A stretch of 63,929 nucleotides of DNA, the filler included, from Platydemus manokwari (taxonomy: Eukaryota): assembly GCA_037951405.1 (NCBI GenBank). It is 5 parts of 5 records of this genome, joined end to end, with 100 filler letters (N's around TTAATTAATTAA, not from the genome) between each part and the next. Parts side by side here need not be neighbours in the genome. Positions count along the whole stretch, not along the records: positions 1 to 19,120 come from JBBMOY010088898.1; 4 more parts are not named here. One strand, written 5' to 3'. Both the position numbers and the translations under genes were made by a program. Below the pieces are notes generated by a model. That model searched no databases. It saw only the letters and a list, made by a program, of their open reading frames with translations, and was not told the DNA's origin. Below, piece by piece: positions 1 to 13,950 of this stretch (position 1 is its first letter; every line of letters starts with the position of its first letter).

Positions 1-1199
1 TTCTAGGTCTGATAATTATTTTAAAATTATTCATGAAAAAATTAAAATTTTTTTCCTACAATTCATAGTTTGAAATGTTTTATTTGAGTAAAATCAACCG
101 ATGCAGAACAAACATTATCTTTCTAGATTAAAAATTTGAAAACCAATGTCGCCCATGGTGACAAAAGGACTAAAAGTTTTGTTTGAGCATTCAGACAAGA
201 CATTTATAACCGATATATCATAAAATATTTAAAATATAAATTCATTGGTGTTTCCTGTATTAGATTATACACATAATTTATAATAATATATCATTAAGTG
301 ATTATTATATTTGCTACTAATTGTTTTTTCCATCATAAATTAGAATCGATACAAACAAATGATTATCATAAATTTCAGTTAATTCGTCCTGTGAGTTCAG
401 ACCCCAATGTTCAGAATATTTCCCGATGAACGATAGCATCCCGAGCGTAATTGTAAACAATCCAAACAACGATAGACAATTTTCTACTTCTGACATTCAC
501 TCTGATGCACTTACAGAAACCACAACGGTTTCCTTTGATAATCATTGTGAAAAACAAAAAGAAATATTCGAAAAATCTCTTTCTAAACAACTAAAACCAG
601 TAACCGACATCGACATTACGGACAATCATCATACATCAGAGCCTCGTCTCAAAAGACATTCAAAAAGAAAAAGAAAATCAAAATCGAAAATGGAAAAAGA
701 AAGTTTATCTGAAGATATGCGTGAATAATTGTGACATGCTTGGAGAATAATAACGTTGTTGAACAGTTTTGTAATCTTGTATGTTTTGAGAATAAAAATT
801 TATATATAATTATATTTTTCATTGAATTATGTGGCATTACATACTGGAATCTTATTGATGACAAATTTTCCGAATAACTGTTAAGAAATTTTCCATTACC
901 AAATATATCAGATTCCAAAGATATAAATCAAAATAAAATTGCGAGGGCCATGTTGCTATGAAACTATATTTAGGAAAAATAGTTGCTCACTATTAAAAAG
1001 ATTGAAATTACCATCCTTTTCGAATTCATCGAAGAAAGAATTATTAAATTGTGGATTTATCATCCGGTTGGTAAATGATGAGTATAAAGGTCAACTAAAC
1101 AGGCTGATCAGTGGATAACTTGTTAAAGTTGAAAAATGTTTAATCAGAGTAAGAAGACAACACGACGTAATTACTTGATTAATTGTAAAGCAAAATATA

Positions 1200-3140
1200 C
1201 ATATACCTAAATTTTATCTAACTTTCCGCTTCCATTGTTTTTTGAGTTTTCCTCAACCACTCAATTATTCTGAGCATGGGTTGCCCATATTAATCAAAAA
1301 ACACTTGATGAGGACTTAAGAATTTCAAAATGCTATTGGGATCTTTAAGAAGGTATCCGCTCTTCATTATCTGCATCTTCTTCCCTCATCGAATTCAATC
1401 ATTTATAATTGGATTGCATACTTCGATCTTAGTAGTTTACATAATCTATTCACAATAACTAATAGATAGTTGAAACTGGTTTTAAACTTTCCTATTTGTT
1501 TAAAAGTACCAAATTCTGTAGGTAGAATTATAAATTCTTTATTCGTCCTTCCGTTTTATACAAATATCACGCATATGAATTTCATGCTCAATGTTTCAAA
1601 CCATATTTGGTCAGCAGTAAATATTTTAAATATAACCAACCAATTTCTTTCTGCTTATAAGACATAAATCTTTCTAAAATTATTTAGTTAATTCGTGCGA
1701 TTATAAGTCTGATATAACATCTCGTTTCTTTCTATTGTCATTACATAATGTTTTTTTCAAAAAGCTCAAACTTATCTAAGTTGAATAAGTATTTACTTTT
1801 CTTAACTGCTGAGTTGAATCTAGTTTCTAATTTTTGTAGCCCTTTATGAAACGAACCGATCGCAGTATTAGATTGTTGAATCTTTCTTAATTATTTTTTA
1901 TGCTAATTGAACCCCCGGAAACATTGATAAATCTAGTTTTTGACTTGTCTTTAATCTTTTTTAACTTAGTGGATAATAAAATTTTCGATGTCTCATATCT
2001 TCGAAAAACAAAATCCAGGATTCAAAATTTATCTTTTTTTCCTTTACAAGAATTATAAGATTTAGTGACTATCACTTTCATTTATCGCTCTTGTCTACTG
2101 TTGTGCGCTAATGCTTATAGGTATCGAAATATTTGGTGAAATCGATTCATTTATTCTTTCCTGAGCGTTATCTCTGAAAGAGTCAATTTACAAAGTTTTA
2201 TCATTTATGATTATTATTTCTTATCCTAATTCTTATTTCTAACTTACATTTTACTTTTTCAAGTACATTCCTATTATTTAAAATTCTTATAAATCCAACG
2301 TCATCGACAAAATGTAAATACCACATTGATTCTGTTTTAATGTCAGCTATATATGTGATGTATTCATATTTGTCTTCTCGTATTCATTGTCAATCACAAG
2401 AACTATTATCTCTGAAGTTTACCTGATAGAACGGAAGACTCTGAAAGGATGGCATTTATATTGATGAAATGTCCATTTGTTTTTGAGAAGCCTTTGACTA
2501 GTATATGACTGCTGTCATTGTAACAAAGCCATCATTAGGTTCTATTTACCAACATCTATCATTATGAAGCTTTGTGATAATGATTTTTATTGAATAAAAT
2601 AGTTGATAAATAATATTTAAATAGTAAGTCTTTTTCCATCGATTGGCCAAACAGCCAATTGTGGTGTGTCTAGTTTCTTAATCCTCTCATAAATTCTTGA
2701 ATAACTACCTCAATTTTTTTCATTCAACTTATTTTCCCAATTAAGACCGCAATTTAATAATCAAATTTGTGAAGGACTCTAAGTTCGTTAAAAGAATTTT
2801 TTTTACGAATGCTCTATATTCTCATAGATTTTTACAATATTTTATTCAGTGATTGATTTTCTTAGACTTCAAGTCTTAAACTTTACTTTTGGAACTAGTT
2901 AAGAATAGATAAATCTTACTATTGCTTCTTTTTCAAACAAGGAGTTCAAATCTGCTTCGACAAATCTAGGAAAGCTATTTTCAAAAGCTATTATTTTCTG
3001 ATTGTTTCCCTCTTACAATTCGATGATTATATTGATTAAGGATTTCTTTACGACATTTATCTTTCAGATTATAAAACATGAGACTACTTTTAGAAATGAT
3101 GTATAGTTCTGTTAGATGAAGTTAACTGTATCTTTCATAT
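1200..3140 (-). pseudogene. Long intronless decayed ORF of unknown identity (part of a decayed coding tract, ~340-10250)
   Basis: Manual minus-strand translation gives long protein-like runs broken by scattered stops and frameshifts, e.g. EGNNQKIIAFENSFPRFVEADLNSLFEKEAIVRFIYS and IREDKYEYITYIADIKTESMWYLHFVDDVGFIRILNNRNVLEKVKC. No splice signals are needed and no family is recognised. Boundaries are approximate. Confidence 0.3.
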
Positions 3141-6100
3141 AATATCGTTCATATATAATTTGAATATATATGCGCGTGTGTGCTTAACTAAATTAAAACA
3201 GTAATATATGTTATATAAATTCCCAAATACTCACATGACTAAAAAGATTGGTCACTATCAATAATTTTCTTAATCTTTTAAAGTATTTTAATTAATGCTA
3301 AACATCATTGTATCCATTATTAAATATGTAAAAAAATGCATTATTATAGTAGCTGTATATAAATAACAAACTATTTATTGAAAAAAATATTTATAATAAT
3401 GTTTCAATATCTAAGTATAATCAATGAATATGGAGCCATGATTAAAGTCAAGTTGTATTTGTTTAAATATTTATTTGTTTACAAATATCTGATAAAAGGA
3501 GGAAGTTTCGTTGAAAATTTGCCTTTTTTGAAAATAATTATATGAAATAATTATTTTATTAGTGGGTTCCATTTAGGAATGAGTTAAACAGAATTTGATA
3601 TCGAAAATAGTTGAACAATTTAAAATCTTGATTAAAGAATTCAAGATTCTGGAAGTCATTTTATTAGGTGATCACATTGTTGCACTCAATCACAGAAATA
3701 ATTTTCAAAATTTGTAAGCAGGGAAGATAAAAATGTAAGTTGAATTAGAATGAGTTATTTTTTTAAATAAATGGTTAAAAATTTTATATAAAGCGACTGT
3801 TATGGAAAATTTTAATAATATAAAAGATTTCATAATTTGGATGTTAAATTTTGATGTTAAATTATGTGAAACTATGTTTTCCATTTATTTTTATCTAAAA
3901 TACGGCGAAATTTTATTAGAATTCTATTTTTAACATGAAGATTATTTAATATATAGTCCTACTAAATGTGGTGATTTTTTAAATATTTACCTTCGCTTTT
4001 GAAAATAGATCATCATTTGATCAATCGTTTAAAATAGGAATTGTATTATTATATTTACGATTTTGTTTTTGGAATATTTTTAATTTGATTTTTTTAACAT
4101 ATCAAATAATATTTTTGTTTTTCATTGAGAAATTGCTATTGGGGTTTAATTTTTACTTGACAGTAGATTTTATTTGGTTCCCGTTTATCCATTCGTTTCG
4201 AATTTCACGGTGAAAGCTCTGTATTTGATTAGTTTGTTAACCGTGGCATTCTGATTGCACATTTTGTATATATTTCCGATATGAAATTAGCCATATTAGA
4301 ATATTTTGATGCGCAACAGATAAAATTATTAATGAAATGACAATCATCTCTACCCATATAAATCAATTTTTCTGGTCATTTATTATGTTTTCGTTCTGAT
4401 ATATTTTAATAATAAAATGAAATTTATTTTACTCTGAAATTTTAAAATTGTACATTTAAAAATATTTTGAATGGTATTTGTATATTTAAAAGTGTTTCGT
4501 ATAATTTTATAAAATTCTTTAAAAATGATTAAAAGAACAAAAGGTTAGTGAACAATGAGTCGACAAAGATTTTTGTTATTAAGATATATTTTGACGAATT
4601 CACGAAGTAAAACACTGAAATTAATTTTCTGCAAATTATTAAAGCACAATTAATTGTCATTAATGATAAGAAAGATGTTTTAATAATGCTTTTAAATGTT
4701 TCGAGATTTTTGAAAAAATCGATTGAAGAACTTGACTAACTCAGTCGATAGAAAATTTAGAATGATCTAGTTGAGAAAGATCCAATTATTTTTATATATT
4801 AAGATTAGCAAGTTTGATTTTAAAAAATTTGGGTCTTTAGTAAATATTAAAATTTTAATAGATCAGAAATATATCTTAAACTTGCTTGGGGTTGTCAAAT
4901 AATTTCTTTCAGTCAAATGCGATTTATAATATAAGCAGATATCCTTGTTTTGTTATTTTTGACTGTAAAGTTACTTTTTTATACTAATTTTAAAAAAATT
5001 GGTTTGTATTTTCGATAATATTCAAATTTTCTCGTAAAAATCTTAACGCGATTGATAAATTTCGAATATTTAAATATTCTGAAGATAATTTGATTAAATT
5101 TAATGTGAAGTTAAACTCTAATTTGCTTATTGTTATTAAGTTTTACTTCAAGTAATATAAGAAATCGTGGATACCTTCAAAATTATTTGACAAAGTTATT
5201 GATCAATATAAATTTTATTTTAAGTTCGAAAGTATCCAATCTCTCCTTTCGATTTAAAGCTTGTTTTAAAAATTCGTGTTTCTTCTTTAAAATTTCTAGT
5301 TTATTGTTTTGAATTTTCATTGTTTTCATCGACATTTTCAGATTTCAAAATTTTCTCCTTTTGTCATTCATCTTTATTTTTCCTAATCTCTTTTCTCACA
5401 GGCTTTACATTTTCTATATCCTTATTAATGAAATCTTCATTGAAAAAATTTGGATATAACTTTGGATATAATTTGCGATATAAATCAAATTCTTATTGGG
5501 GATCTTTAGATATAAATTACCGTGGATTTCTTAAAGTATCATTGTCAAACTTCACGAAACTTATTCATCGGTTCTCATATAAAGTTCACTTAAGTCATGT
5601 CAGAAATTAATTAAATTTGACTAATAAATTATATAACAAATTGAAAGGAATTTGGAGGGTAATTTATCGGCTTATATAGTAGCTACACGGGTCATTTTTT
5701 GCGTTATAAATTTGAACGAGTAAAAGGTGAGAGCAAGTTTTTAATTTTCTTTAAGAAGTATTGGCTTAAATATTTAATTATTGATCTTGCACCGATTTAC
5801 ATATTTATGTAAAATTTACATAATTCAAAAAAATTACAAATAAATAATTTTAGTTATTGGCCAATATTTTAAGTTGCATAAAACATAATATTCAATTATT
5901 TAAGCAAAAACTCCCACTTACTTTTATCCAGTACGATTAGTGTTATCACAAAAAAATTGATATTCTAACGGCATTACTTTTATTAAACAATTACAAAATT
6001 AAATAATGATGTTTCTTGGAATTTCTTAAAATATGAGGAGTGTACTACAAATAAATCTAATCGACCAAATATTGTTTTGATATTTATTTTTGATTTCGTG

Positions 6101-7465
6101 ACTTTATCAAATGACCATTTGTTTATAAAATGCAAATGTTCGTTTCTTAGCTTGATTTCGATTTAAATTTTGCTCCAGTTATTGACGAGTAGTTCGCTGT
6201 CATAAAAATAAATATCGTATTGGTCGTAAGGTAGACAAAATTGAGTATTTCATAAACAAATAGCAATTCTTTAGATTCCAAAGTGTAAAAAATCAATAAA
6301 TTTATCTTGATTTACTTCATTATATTTGTAAATGATTTAATCGTTTTAAGCCCTCTTCAGCTAGCATTTGGTACTATTAATATTTTTAGTATTAGATAAT
6401 TTTCTTAATTTGTCTAAAATTGTTTTAATTCCTATTTTGTTTTCATCTTCTAAAGGCCCTTTTCGATAATTGAACTTTTGAGAAACTTCTCGAATTTGTG
6501 AACTTACTCAAATATATGTACAGTGTTAGTTCTATGTTTAAATTCATAAAGCAAGCAAACACGAATAGCATTATTTTGTCCCTGGTATTTTAAAATTTGT
6601 GTTCAGAAAATGATTAGTTCATATGTTTAGATTTGAACTTCATCAAAAGTATATAATTGGAAATTATATCAACATATTGTTGATTATCTCATCGAAATTG
6701 GTTGTATTAAAAAAATTATTTATACATAACTGTTTACATAATGTAGTTCTTCGTTCATTAATGATAAACTATATAGAGATTACCTAACGTATGTTGCTAG
6801 TGGTAGCTATATCGTTTAAATTATTAGAATTATTTAATTCATTCATTAAGATGTTTAATAGAATATATTTCTTAAAAACATGTTAATAAATCAAAATTAT
6901 TCCGAGAGTTTAAGTAATTTGATTAGAAATATAAAATTTAATATTAATAAATATCAATGTTTTAATTAAAATGGTTCAAAATCTTTTACATCATAATTTT
7001 TTTAAAATAATTAATTATTTTTTATAATATTCCTCACATCACAATCTCATGAACTTGATATGAAGATCAAGCCACGTAATTATAGATATTATTTTCGCAA
7101 CACATTATGGTCCTACTCCATTGACTGATACTCCTGATCTATTCACCGAAGCGAAAGTAAGGAAATTGAATAAGTTTGTGCTTTATTGCAAAAAACTATA
7201 ATCATGAATTAATCCTGAAAATATATTATAATAAATGGAAAAAATAAATGGCAGATTACAATTAAATTGAAATAAAATACTTATGCAACTAAAAATGAAA
7301 AAAATAAACCAAGTTACAAAATTGTATATTGGTATAAGGATAGGAGGGACAAAATTTATATTGAAAATAATATCAATAAGAATCCACGATTAATCTGTAA
7401 TGAATTTCAATCAATTTAAAAATGATCAAATTGCATAAAATCTTCCCTCACGCGATGATCTAGGG

Positions 7466-8405
7466 CAGAGGTTCTCAAACTTTTTTTCTCTCGTAGACTC
7501 CTTGCCATGCTTTTCGGTTTTAGGTAGACCCCTTGCTATACACTAAAACATTTAAATTTCAACAATAGTAAAGTTCCTATAATGTGAAAAAGTAAAAAAC
7601 AAAACATTTTAATATAATCATTTTTATTAATTATAAATCAAAATAATATAGTATCTGATATGATATCAAATGCAGGTTTGTGTAAAACAATTTTTAAAAC
7701 TTCTTCAACGGCTGGCAAAATTAACTGTTCTCCTATACCATACGGTTTTCCAGATTTTGCTATAAGCAACGAGATATTGTAAGACGCTTGCAAATCATCA
7801 TGGTTTCTTTGTGACGTTGAAGTGAATATTTTGTCCAGTGTGGGTCTTTCCTGGAAATTCTCTTTAAGTGTTTGAAAATATTTCAAATCTTTATCTACTT
7901 TATCAAAGTGACATCTTCTTAAATGATCTTCCAGCTTAAATGGCTTCATAGCGCCATTGCTAAAAACTTTGTTGCATAAAAATCACAAAGGCATTTGTTT
8001 ATTCGATAATGATGGGGTGAACCCAAACTTCAGATAGTCAACATTGTACTGCCTGGATTTATTATCCCATCATGTTTAGTGTCGGTGTTCTGTGAATAAA
8101 AATAATCTGTTTTAATAAAATGATATTGATTCACTTTAATTTATATGTGCCTAATTACCAGTTTATATTATTATTATTAAATATTTCCCTTTTTGAAACT
8201 AATGATCTCATAAATAAGGTTAGTTTTATTGCCGACGACGAGCGAATATCCCGACTTGATAATGCTACAAGGTTAAATTTTTATAATTTTTTAAATATTA
8301 AAATTGTATCTTCCCATTGACCCCCTAAAATTTTAACCCACGTAGACCCCTTGCTGGTTTTCATCGACCCTTGGGGGTCGATATGGACCACTTTAGGAAT
8401 CACTG
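7466..8405 (-). mobile_element. Internally deleted hAT (Buster group) DNA transposon, 940 bp
   Basis: Left end CAGAGGTTCTCAAACT. Right end reverse-complements to CAGTGATTCCTAAAGT (imperfect hAT TIR). The 8-bp TSD is ATCTAGGG (7458-7465) / ATATAGGG (8406-8413), with the central TA typical of Buster targets. A subterminal GTAGACCCCTTGC-type motif occurs at both ends. Confidence 0.9.
7638..8053 (-). pseudogene. N-terminal fragment of Buster/ZBED5-like hAT transposase (BED finger)
   Basis: Reads RQYNVDYLKFGF...PL*FLCNKVFSNGAMKPFKLEDHLRRCH...ASYNISLLIAKSGKPYGIGEQLILPAV, which are hallmark Buster motifs. One BED cysteine has become a stop and the catalytic domain is deleted. Confidence 0.88.
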
Positions 8406-10812
8406 ATATAGGGGAATTATTTTATTTTAAAAATCCAGATGTTAAGAAAAATTTCTAAATTGATGGTGCCTTTGTGTTTATTGACAATTTAAGATTGGTG
8501 TAAAATGATATCAACTAGTTACACTGTTTACTATTAAATGACGTGAATTTACTCTAATATTCACTATTTTGTGTAGTTTCTTTGTGAATTCTTGACTCAT
8601 CATAAATATCAGTTATCATCCGAATTATATTTAAATAAATCCTACCTTATTGTCACTAATTTTAAAATTTTAATTCTAACTTGTATGTTTATTTTAGAAA
8701 ATATATAATTTATAATTTTTGTATTAAATATCTATTGCGAGGATTTTAATATTTTTATTAATTTTTAAATTATATAAATTGTGTAATGTTAAATTATTTC
8801 CTGTATTGACTTCTCAAAATCGTTTTCAATGCGCATTTAATGAAATAGTAGCAGCTACCATTTGTTACTTTTTTTTCTAATTTCATATTCTAATATTTCT
8901 TCCATATCCTTTACAAAATAAAACTACACAAATTATAACCGTTTATTAAAAATCTTGCTGTTGCTATAGACAAGTAGGTTTGTAAACATTTTTTAAAAGC
9001 ATTATTTTGATAAATTAGACTCACAAAATTTCTCACTTCATCAAATCAAGAGTGGAAATACTTTATATGGGATTCTCGTTTTCTGAAACAAATTTTGATT
9101 CAGAGTTTGATTGTTGCTCGTTAACATGATCCTATCTGTTTTGGCCGTATTTTTTTTTATAAGAATTGCGTTTTGAAATTAAATTTGCAATATATTTTTT
9201 TACTCGTAAACTAATTTCTGATTGTCCGGAAATCGTTGCCACGGATTCCTGCAAATTTTTGGGAATATATTAAATTACTTTGATGGCTTGCACGTCATCG
9301 CAAAACGAATTATCAATTGATTAATTATTTTAATATTATGACTATTTCTTATAGAGATGACTCTAATTAAAAGATAATGGCGATACTCTTATCGCAAACA
9401 TAATTCAAATTGAATAACAAATTTTTAACATTACCATGAACAAAATTGGCTCAGATTTATTATAAAAATCTATTTATTTTTTATAATTTGTGAGTTGTTT
9501 GTGAATATGATCAATTCCATAATTCGGAAGTCGTGTCTAACTATTAATATTAAGACTAAGTTAGGATTGCGAAAAGCAAAATATGTATAAAATATTTGTT
9601 TGTTATTTATTTGTTTTTCTTGGTCCTAAGGGGATTCGGAAAATGATAACTGCGCTTATCTAAAAGTCTAGAAATTCTATTAAAAGTTATTATACTGAAT
9701 ATAACGTTTATTGATTATTACTAAAATAAATGAAGTTATTGCTGATCAAATTGACAATTGTTTCGAATTTTTACAGTTGCAAGGTCAGTAACTAAATTGA
9801 TATAAATAAATTTATTGAAGAATTATACTGTTAACAAATAGTTTGGAAAAAAACAAACAAAAATTTTTTTAGCTCAATGTCCAGTGCATCACGTAAGTGG
9901 ATTACTGTTAATCCGAAAGCGGCGGAGGAGGTAGAAATACGTTTATATCAACGAATTTTGAGAATTTAATTAATAATAAGTTAATATGTTTATTTACTGA
10001 ATAATCGATCATATAATGAAAAGAAAATATTATAATAACCTTACTCCGATCAAGTTAATATGAAAATTAATCCTCGTGACTGATAAACTGTCTCAGAAAT
10101 TAATCGAAAGAAGACATTATCGAAGCTTCTCAATTTTCTGTGCTAAAATTTCAATTGTTTAATATTGCGATAATTCTGATTAAAACCTTCGATTATATCT
10201 CACGAAGTGTGTTTTAAAAAAATCGTTTTGTTTTAGTGCTGTTGGGCAACTTTTTGATAAACTTTTTATACTAGCCAACCTCGTGGGTGGCCGTCTTAAT
10301 TAAATGCATTCTTTGAATTCCTTTCTTTGTTATTTAACTTATCTTTATTAATTATTTATTCATTGTATTTATTTATTTTAATTTATTTCTTTGTCAAAGT
10401 TATTTCTTTTCTTCCGTTACAATTGAAAATAATAAAACAATAATCAAATGATCGAATAAGACAAAATTGATTCAATAAAATAAATAAAACTGTAATGACA
10501 TTGATTGTCAAAAATTCATAATATTAAAACAGTAAGAGGTGGATTGTTATCAGAGGACTGTTTTCCTTCAATCAAGTAATCAGATAATCAAAAATCAAAA
10601 TCTACATTGTACAGTTAATGGCAGTTAAAATCATCGTTTTGTGTTATTATTTATTTGATTTGTTAGAATTGTTGACCGCTTCATTATAGTCATGGCACAT
10701 CCATGTTTGAATGATATATTTTTCAATGAAAATCTTAAAAATGAAAATAGTATTAAAAATCCTTCCTTATATTAGTTAAGATACGAAAATTTCGGAGGAT
10801 ATTTAAAATATG

Positions 10813-12175
10813 TAAGATTGGAACGAAAGTCTTGTCCGATAGAAAATAATATTTATTTAATCAATAAAGAAAATAATATTTATTTTATCAATAAAGAATA
10901 TATGCAAATTGAGAAATATAAACAAAATATCATTCGTTTGTGAATATGAAGTGTTGAAAATAGTCACCTTTAAGATCCACACACCTGTGCCAGCGTTCGG
11001 GAAGTTGTTTTATGCCGTTTTAATAGAATTCCGCAGGTTTTGAAGCGAGCCACTTCCAAATCATCGTTAACCTTTTCAGCGGAGTGATACGCTTTCCCAC
11101 GAAGTGAGTTTTCACGGGAGAAAACAGGTAATAGTCTGAAGGGGAAAGTTCTGGGAAGTATGGCAGATGTCATACTACCGTAAAACCGATCTCAGCATGC
11201 TTATTTTGAGTTAAACGGGCTGTATGCGGTCGAGCGTTATCGTGGAGGAAATTGAACTTTTCAAAACTCTTTTCTCGAATCGCATCTACGAGTTTGTCAA
11301 AACGAATACAGTAAATTTCTGCGTTAATGCTTTTTCCTTGAGGAAGTACATCACACAGAAGAATTCCTTTCACATCTCAAATAATAGTTGCAAGGTGCTT
11401 TTGAGCTATGAATCATTGACTAATTGATGTTGTTGGTTGATTACCGGCACTGTACCAAGATCGGTTGTGATAAGATCGATTGACATTGTTTCAATATACT
11501 ATATCTCATCCACCGTTTTAAGTTGGGATAGAAAGTCGCTAACAATTCGTCACATTTTCCCCCTGTTGGCTTTATTGTCATCTGACAAAAAATGTTATAG
11601 GCCTCTGTTTGCCAAGCACTGCTTTCCCATTTTATGCAAGTGTCGAAGTACCGTTGTGTGAGAAACGACAGCTCTTCTGCTATATTTTGAGATGTAGCAA
11701 ATTTGTAGTATATCAGAAACTCTAATTCGATCTTCTACATCATGTTTAACCAATGGTCGCCCATCTCTCTTAATCATTAACGGCGAAATTAACAATGAAT
11801 CTTGCATTAATTCGCTGGCAGTTTCTCGCAGACACAGTACCGGTGCCAAGTACAGATTTAACAATTTCAATTAGTGGCGCATTCATTTCATCTTGCCATA
11901 TAAATATGTCATCTTTTTCAAGTCGCTTTGCTTAAACTCTATCATGTCACAAAATAATATTTTTTTAATGATATCTATCTGAAACAAATATTTAATTGTA
12001 AGATAGAAATTAAACATTAAAAAAGGATTTAATAATGCATTTAAACTAATCATTTCTTCATAAAACGTTCTAATTTTTTAGATTTACTTATAATTGATGT
12101 TTTGTTTATATTTCCAATTTACATATTATATTTATTGGTTAAATAAATATTATTTTATGTCGGACAAGATTTTCA
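10813..12175 (-). mobile_element. Full-length (~1.36 kb) decayed mariner (DD34D) transposon
   Basis: Long imperfect inverted ends: TCTTGTCCGA-TAGAAAATAATATTTATTTAATCAATAAA...AAATATAAACAAAA at ~10830-10930, with its reverse complement at ~12095-12170. Frameshifted transposase fragments: GRP, VSHTTVLRHLHKMGK, FLHDNARPH, HLPYFPELSPSDYYLF (the YSPDLAPSD motif), NSLRGKAY. Exact outer ends are uncertain. Confidence 0.9.
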
Positions 12176-12229
12176 ACAGTAAAATTGTCCATTGAGGTAA
12201 AATTATGGACAAAAATGTGATAAGCTTTA

Positions 12230-12854
12230 TGTAATCGTCATTTTTTGGAAAAGACTAAATATTTTATAAAATTTATTCAACTAGTATGAATAATAAAATT
12301 CTTCAAAATCTGCGTATCAAAATTAACATACAATAAAATTGAAATGTGTGTAAAATAGCTTCGGATTTGAGCTTCGTCGAATTACAAACTTTCTTACAAT
12401 TTTATGAAAGTCGTAATTGTGGTTAGTCAAAGTGCGATGATTGTTTGTTGCTCTCTGCTTTTATACTATTTTGTGTATTATCATGAATCATCCATCTTGT
12501 TGTTATTTTTGGGAACATTCTATGCTTAGTAGAATGTTACTAATTTTAGCATATTTACAGCATGTTATTATTTTTAGTTTTAGTGTCTATTTTTAGCAAC
12601 TAGTGTGGTTGTTTCTGTTTCACGTATGTCGTCGGTTTTATTTTTAGAATTCCAATGCAGTTTTTTCCTAATGACCTTACTGTCAATTAGCTTTGATGCA
12701 GTAAAACAATTAAAAATTTGGATATTTTGTAAATTTTGGCGATGTTTTTTTTCCTAATTTGCGACTTATTTAAAAAATTTTATATTGATTTGTTTATTTT
12801 TTGGTTATTTTGGTTGTGTCAAAATTGCCTAGTTAGTTCCTCACAATTGTTACA
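12230..12854 (-). mobile_element. Probable solo LTR (625 bp)
   Basis: Minus strand reads TGTAACAATTGT...GATTACA (TGTAA/TTACA terminal repeat), with an internal TATAAAAGCAGAGAG box and a downstream AATAAA. No clean TSD. Confidence 0.45.
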
Positions 12855-13932
12855 ATAAAGACTGATGCTATAATGTGCGATATTTATTTATCGAAAATAA
12901 AAATAAAACAATTGGAATAAACACAAAAGTTCGATTTCAATGTTCATACCATCTTCCGATGTGGAAGAAGAGGGTTGAGAAGAAAATGTAATTAGACTAA
13001 GTATTTTTAATTAGATGGAAGTAATTAATGATCTTAGAATTTTAATCGTTTAATTATTAATTATTAAAAATATAAGAAAACATTTAAATAAAGAAAATGA
13101 TTAATCTTACTCCGTTCCTGTTGTGAATAAACAAATCTCCAAATTGATCAAAAAGATTTCTCGAGAATTTATCTTCCTAAACTCTTCTATATCCAATCAA
13201 CAAGAACAAATATATTGATTGTTAGATGTTGAATAGGATTGCTGTGGGTTTCGAATGTTTATCGAATAGGTATTGACTGAACCACTGACTTGATTCCTCT
13301 TATCTCTAGTCAAGATAGTTAAATGAAGGTTACTGCAATGGGTGATTATATACCGCTGTTATGTGTTACATGCTGGTCAACTATGTTATGTTGGACGAAT
13401 TTTGTGTTGAATAGGTTCGATGGACGAATAGTGCATGAATAGATTAGGTGGGTGATTTCAACATCGATTAAAATAATAAAATAATGCACTTTTGGAAATA
13501 TTGTTGATGAAATAATCATACGGTCATACATCGAATAATGTAAATGTACATTATTAATTGTTAATTTACAAATTTATTCATTGTCAAAACTCTTCTACTA
13601 CCATACCCAAAAAGATTTTAAATAAGGAGTGGAAATATTTTTTAGGATTTCAGTTTAATTTTATAACGACCTTTTCGTAGATTAGGCAAAGCAAATTTTT
13701 GAAAAATTATGGCTTGATAAAGACATTCCGTTAAATAAATGTCTATTTAAACCATGTTTCGACCTTAAAATATGTCTGCCAACATTAATATCGACAATGA
13801 AATTATATGGTACCAGACTTTATATTAAATGAAATAATATTGTTGTTTGGTTGATTGAATGATGTTGATGATGATTGATTAGTTGGCCGATTGATTTTAT
13901 ATATTTTACTGGTTCTGAAGGGGCTTCAACAA

Positions 13933-13947
13933 CCGTTATGAGGACCA
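13933..13947 (-). promoter_or_regulatory. Degenerate primer-binding site, tRNA-Tyr-like
   Basis: TGGTCCTCATAACGG lies directly downstream of the LTR end. The first 7 nt match the tRNA-Tyr PBS TGGTCCTTCGAGCCGG common in BEL/Pao elements. Confidence 0.5.
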
Positions 13948-13950
13948 ATC

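Noticed and set aside
10270-10293. Helitron 3' end (hairpin + CTAG|T on minus strand); similar at ~25577-25598
   Set aside because: The hairpin is imperfect and overlaps the CTAG rather than lying ~11 nt upstream. No 5' TC end or Rep/Hel sequence was found.
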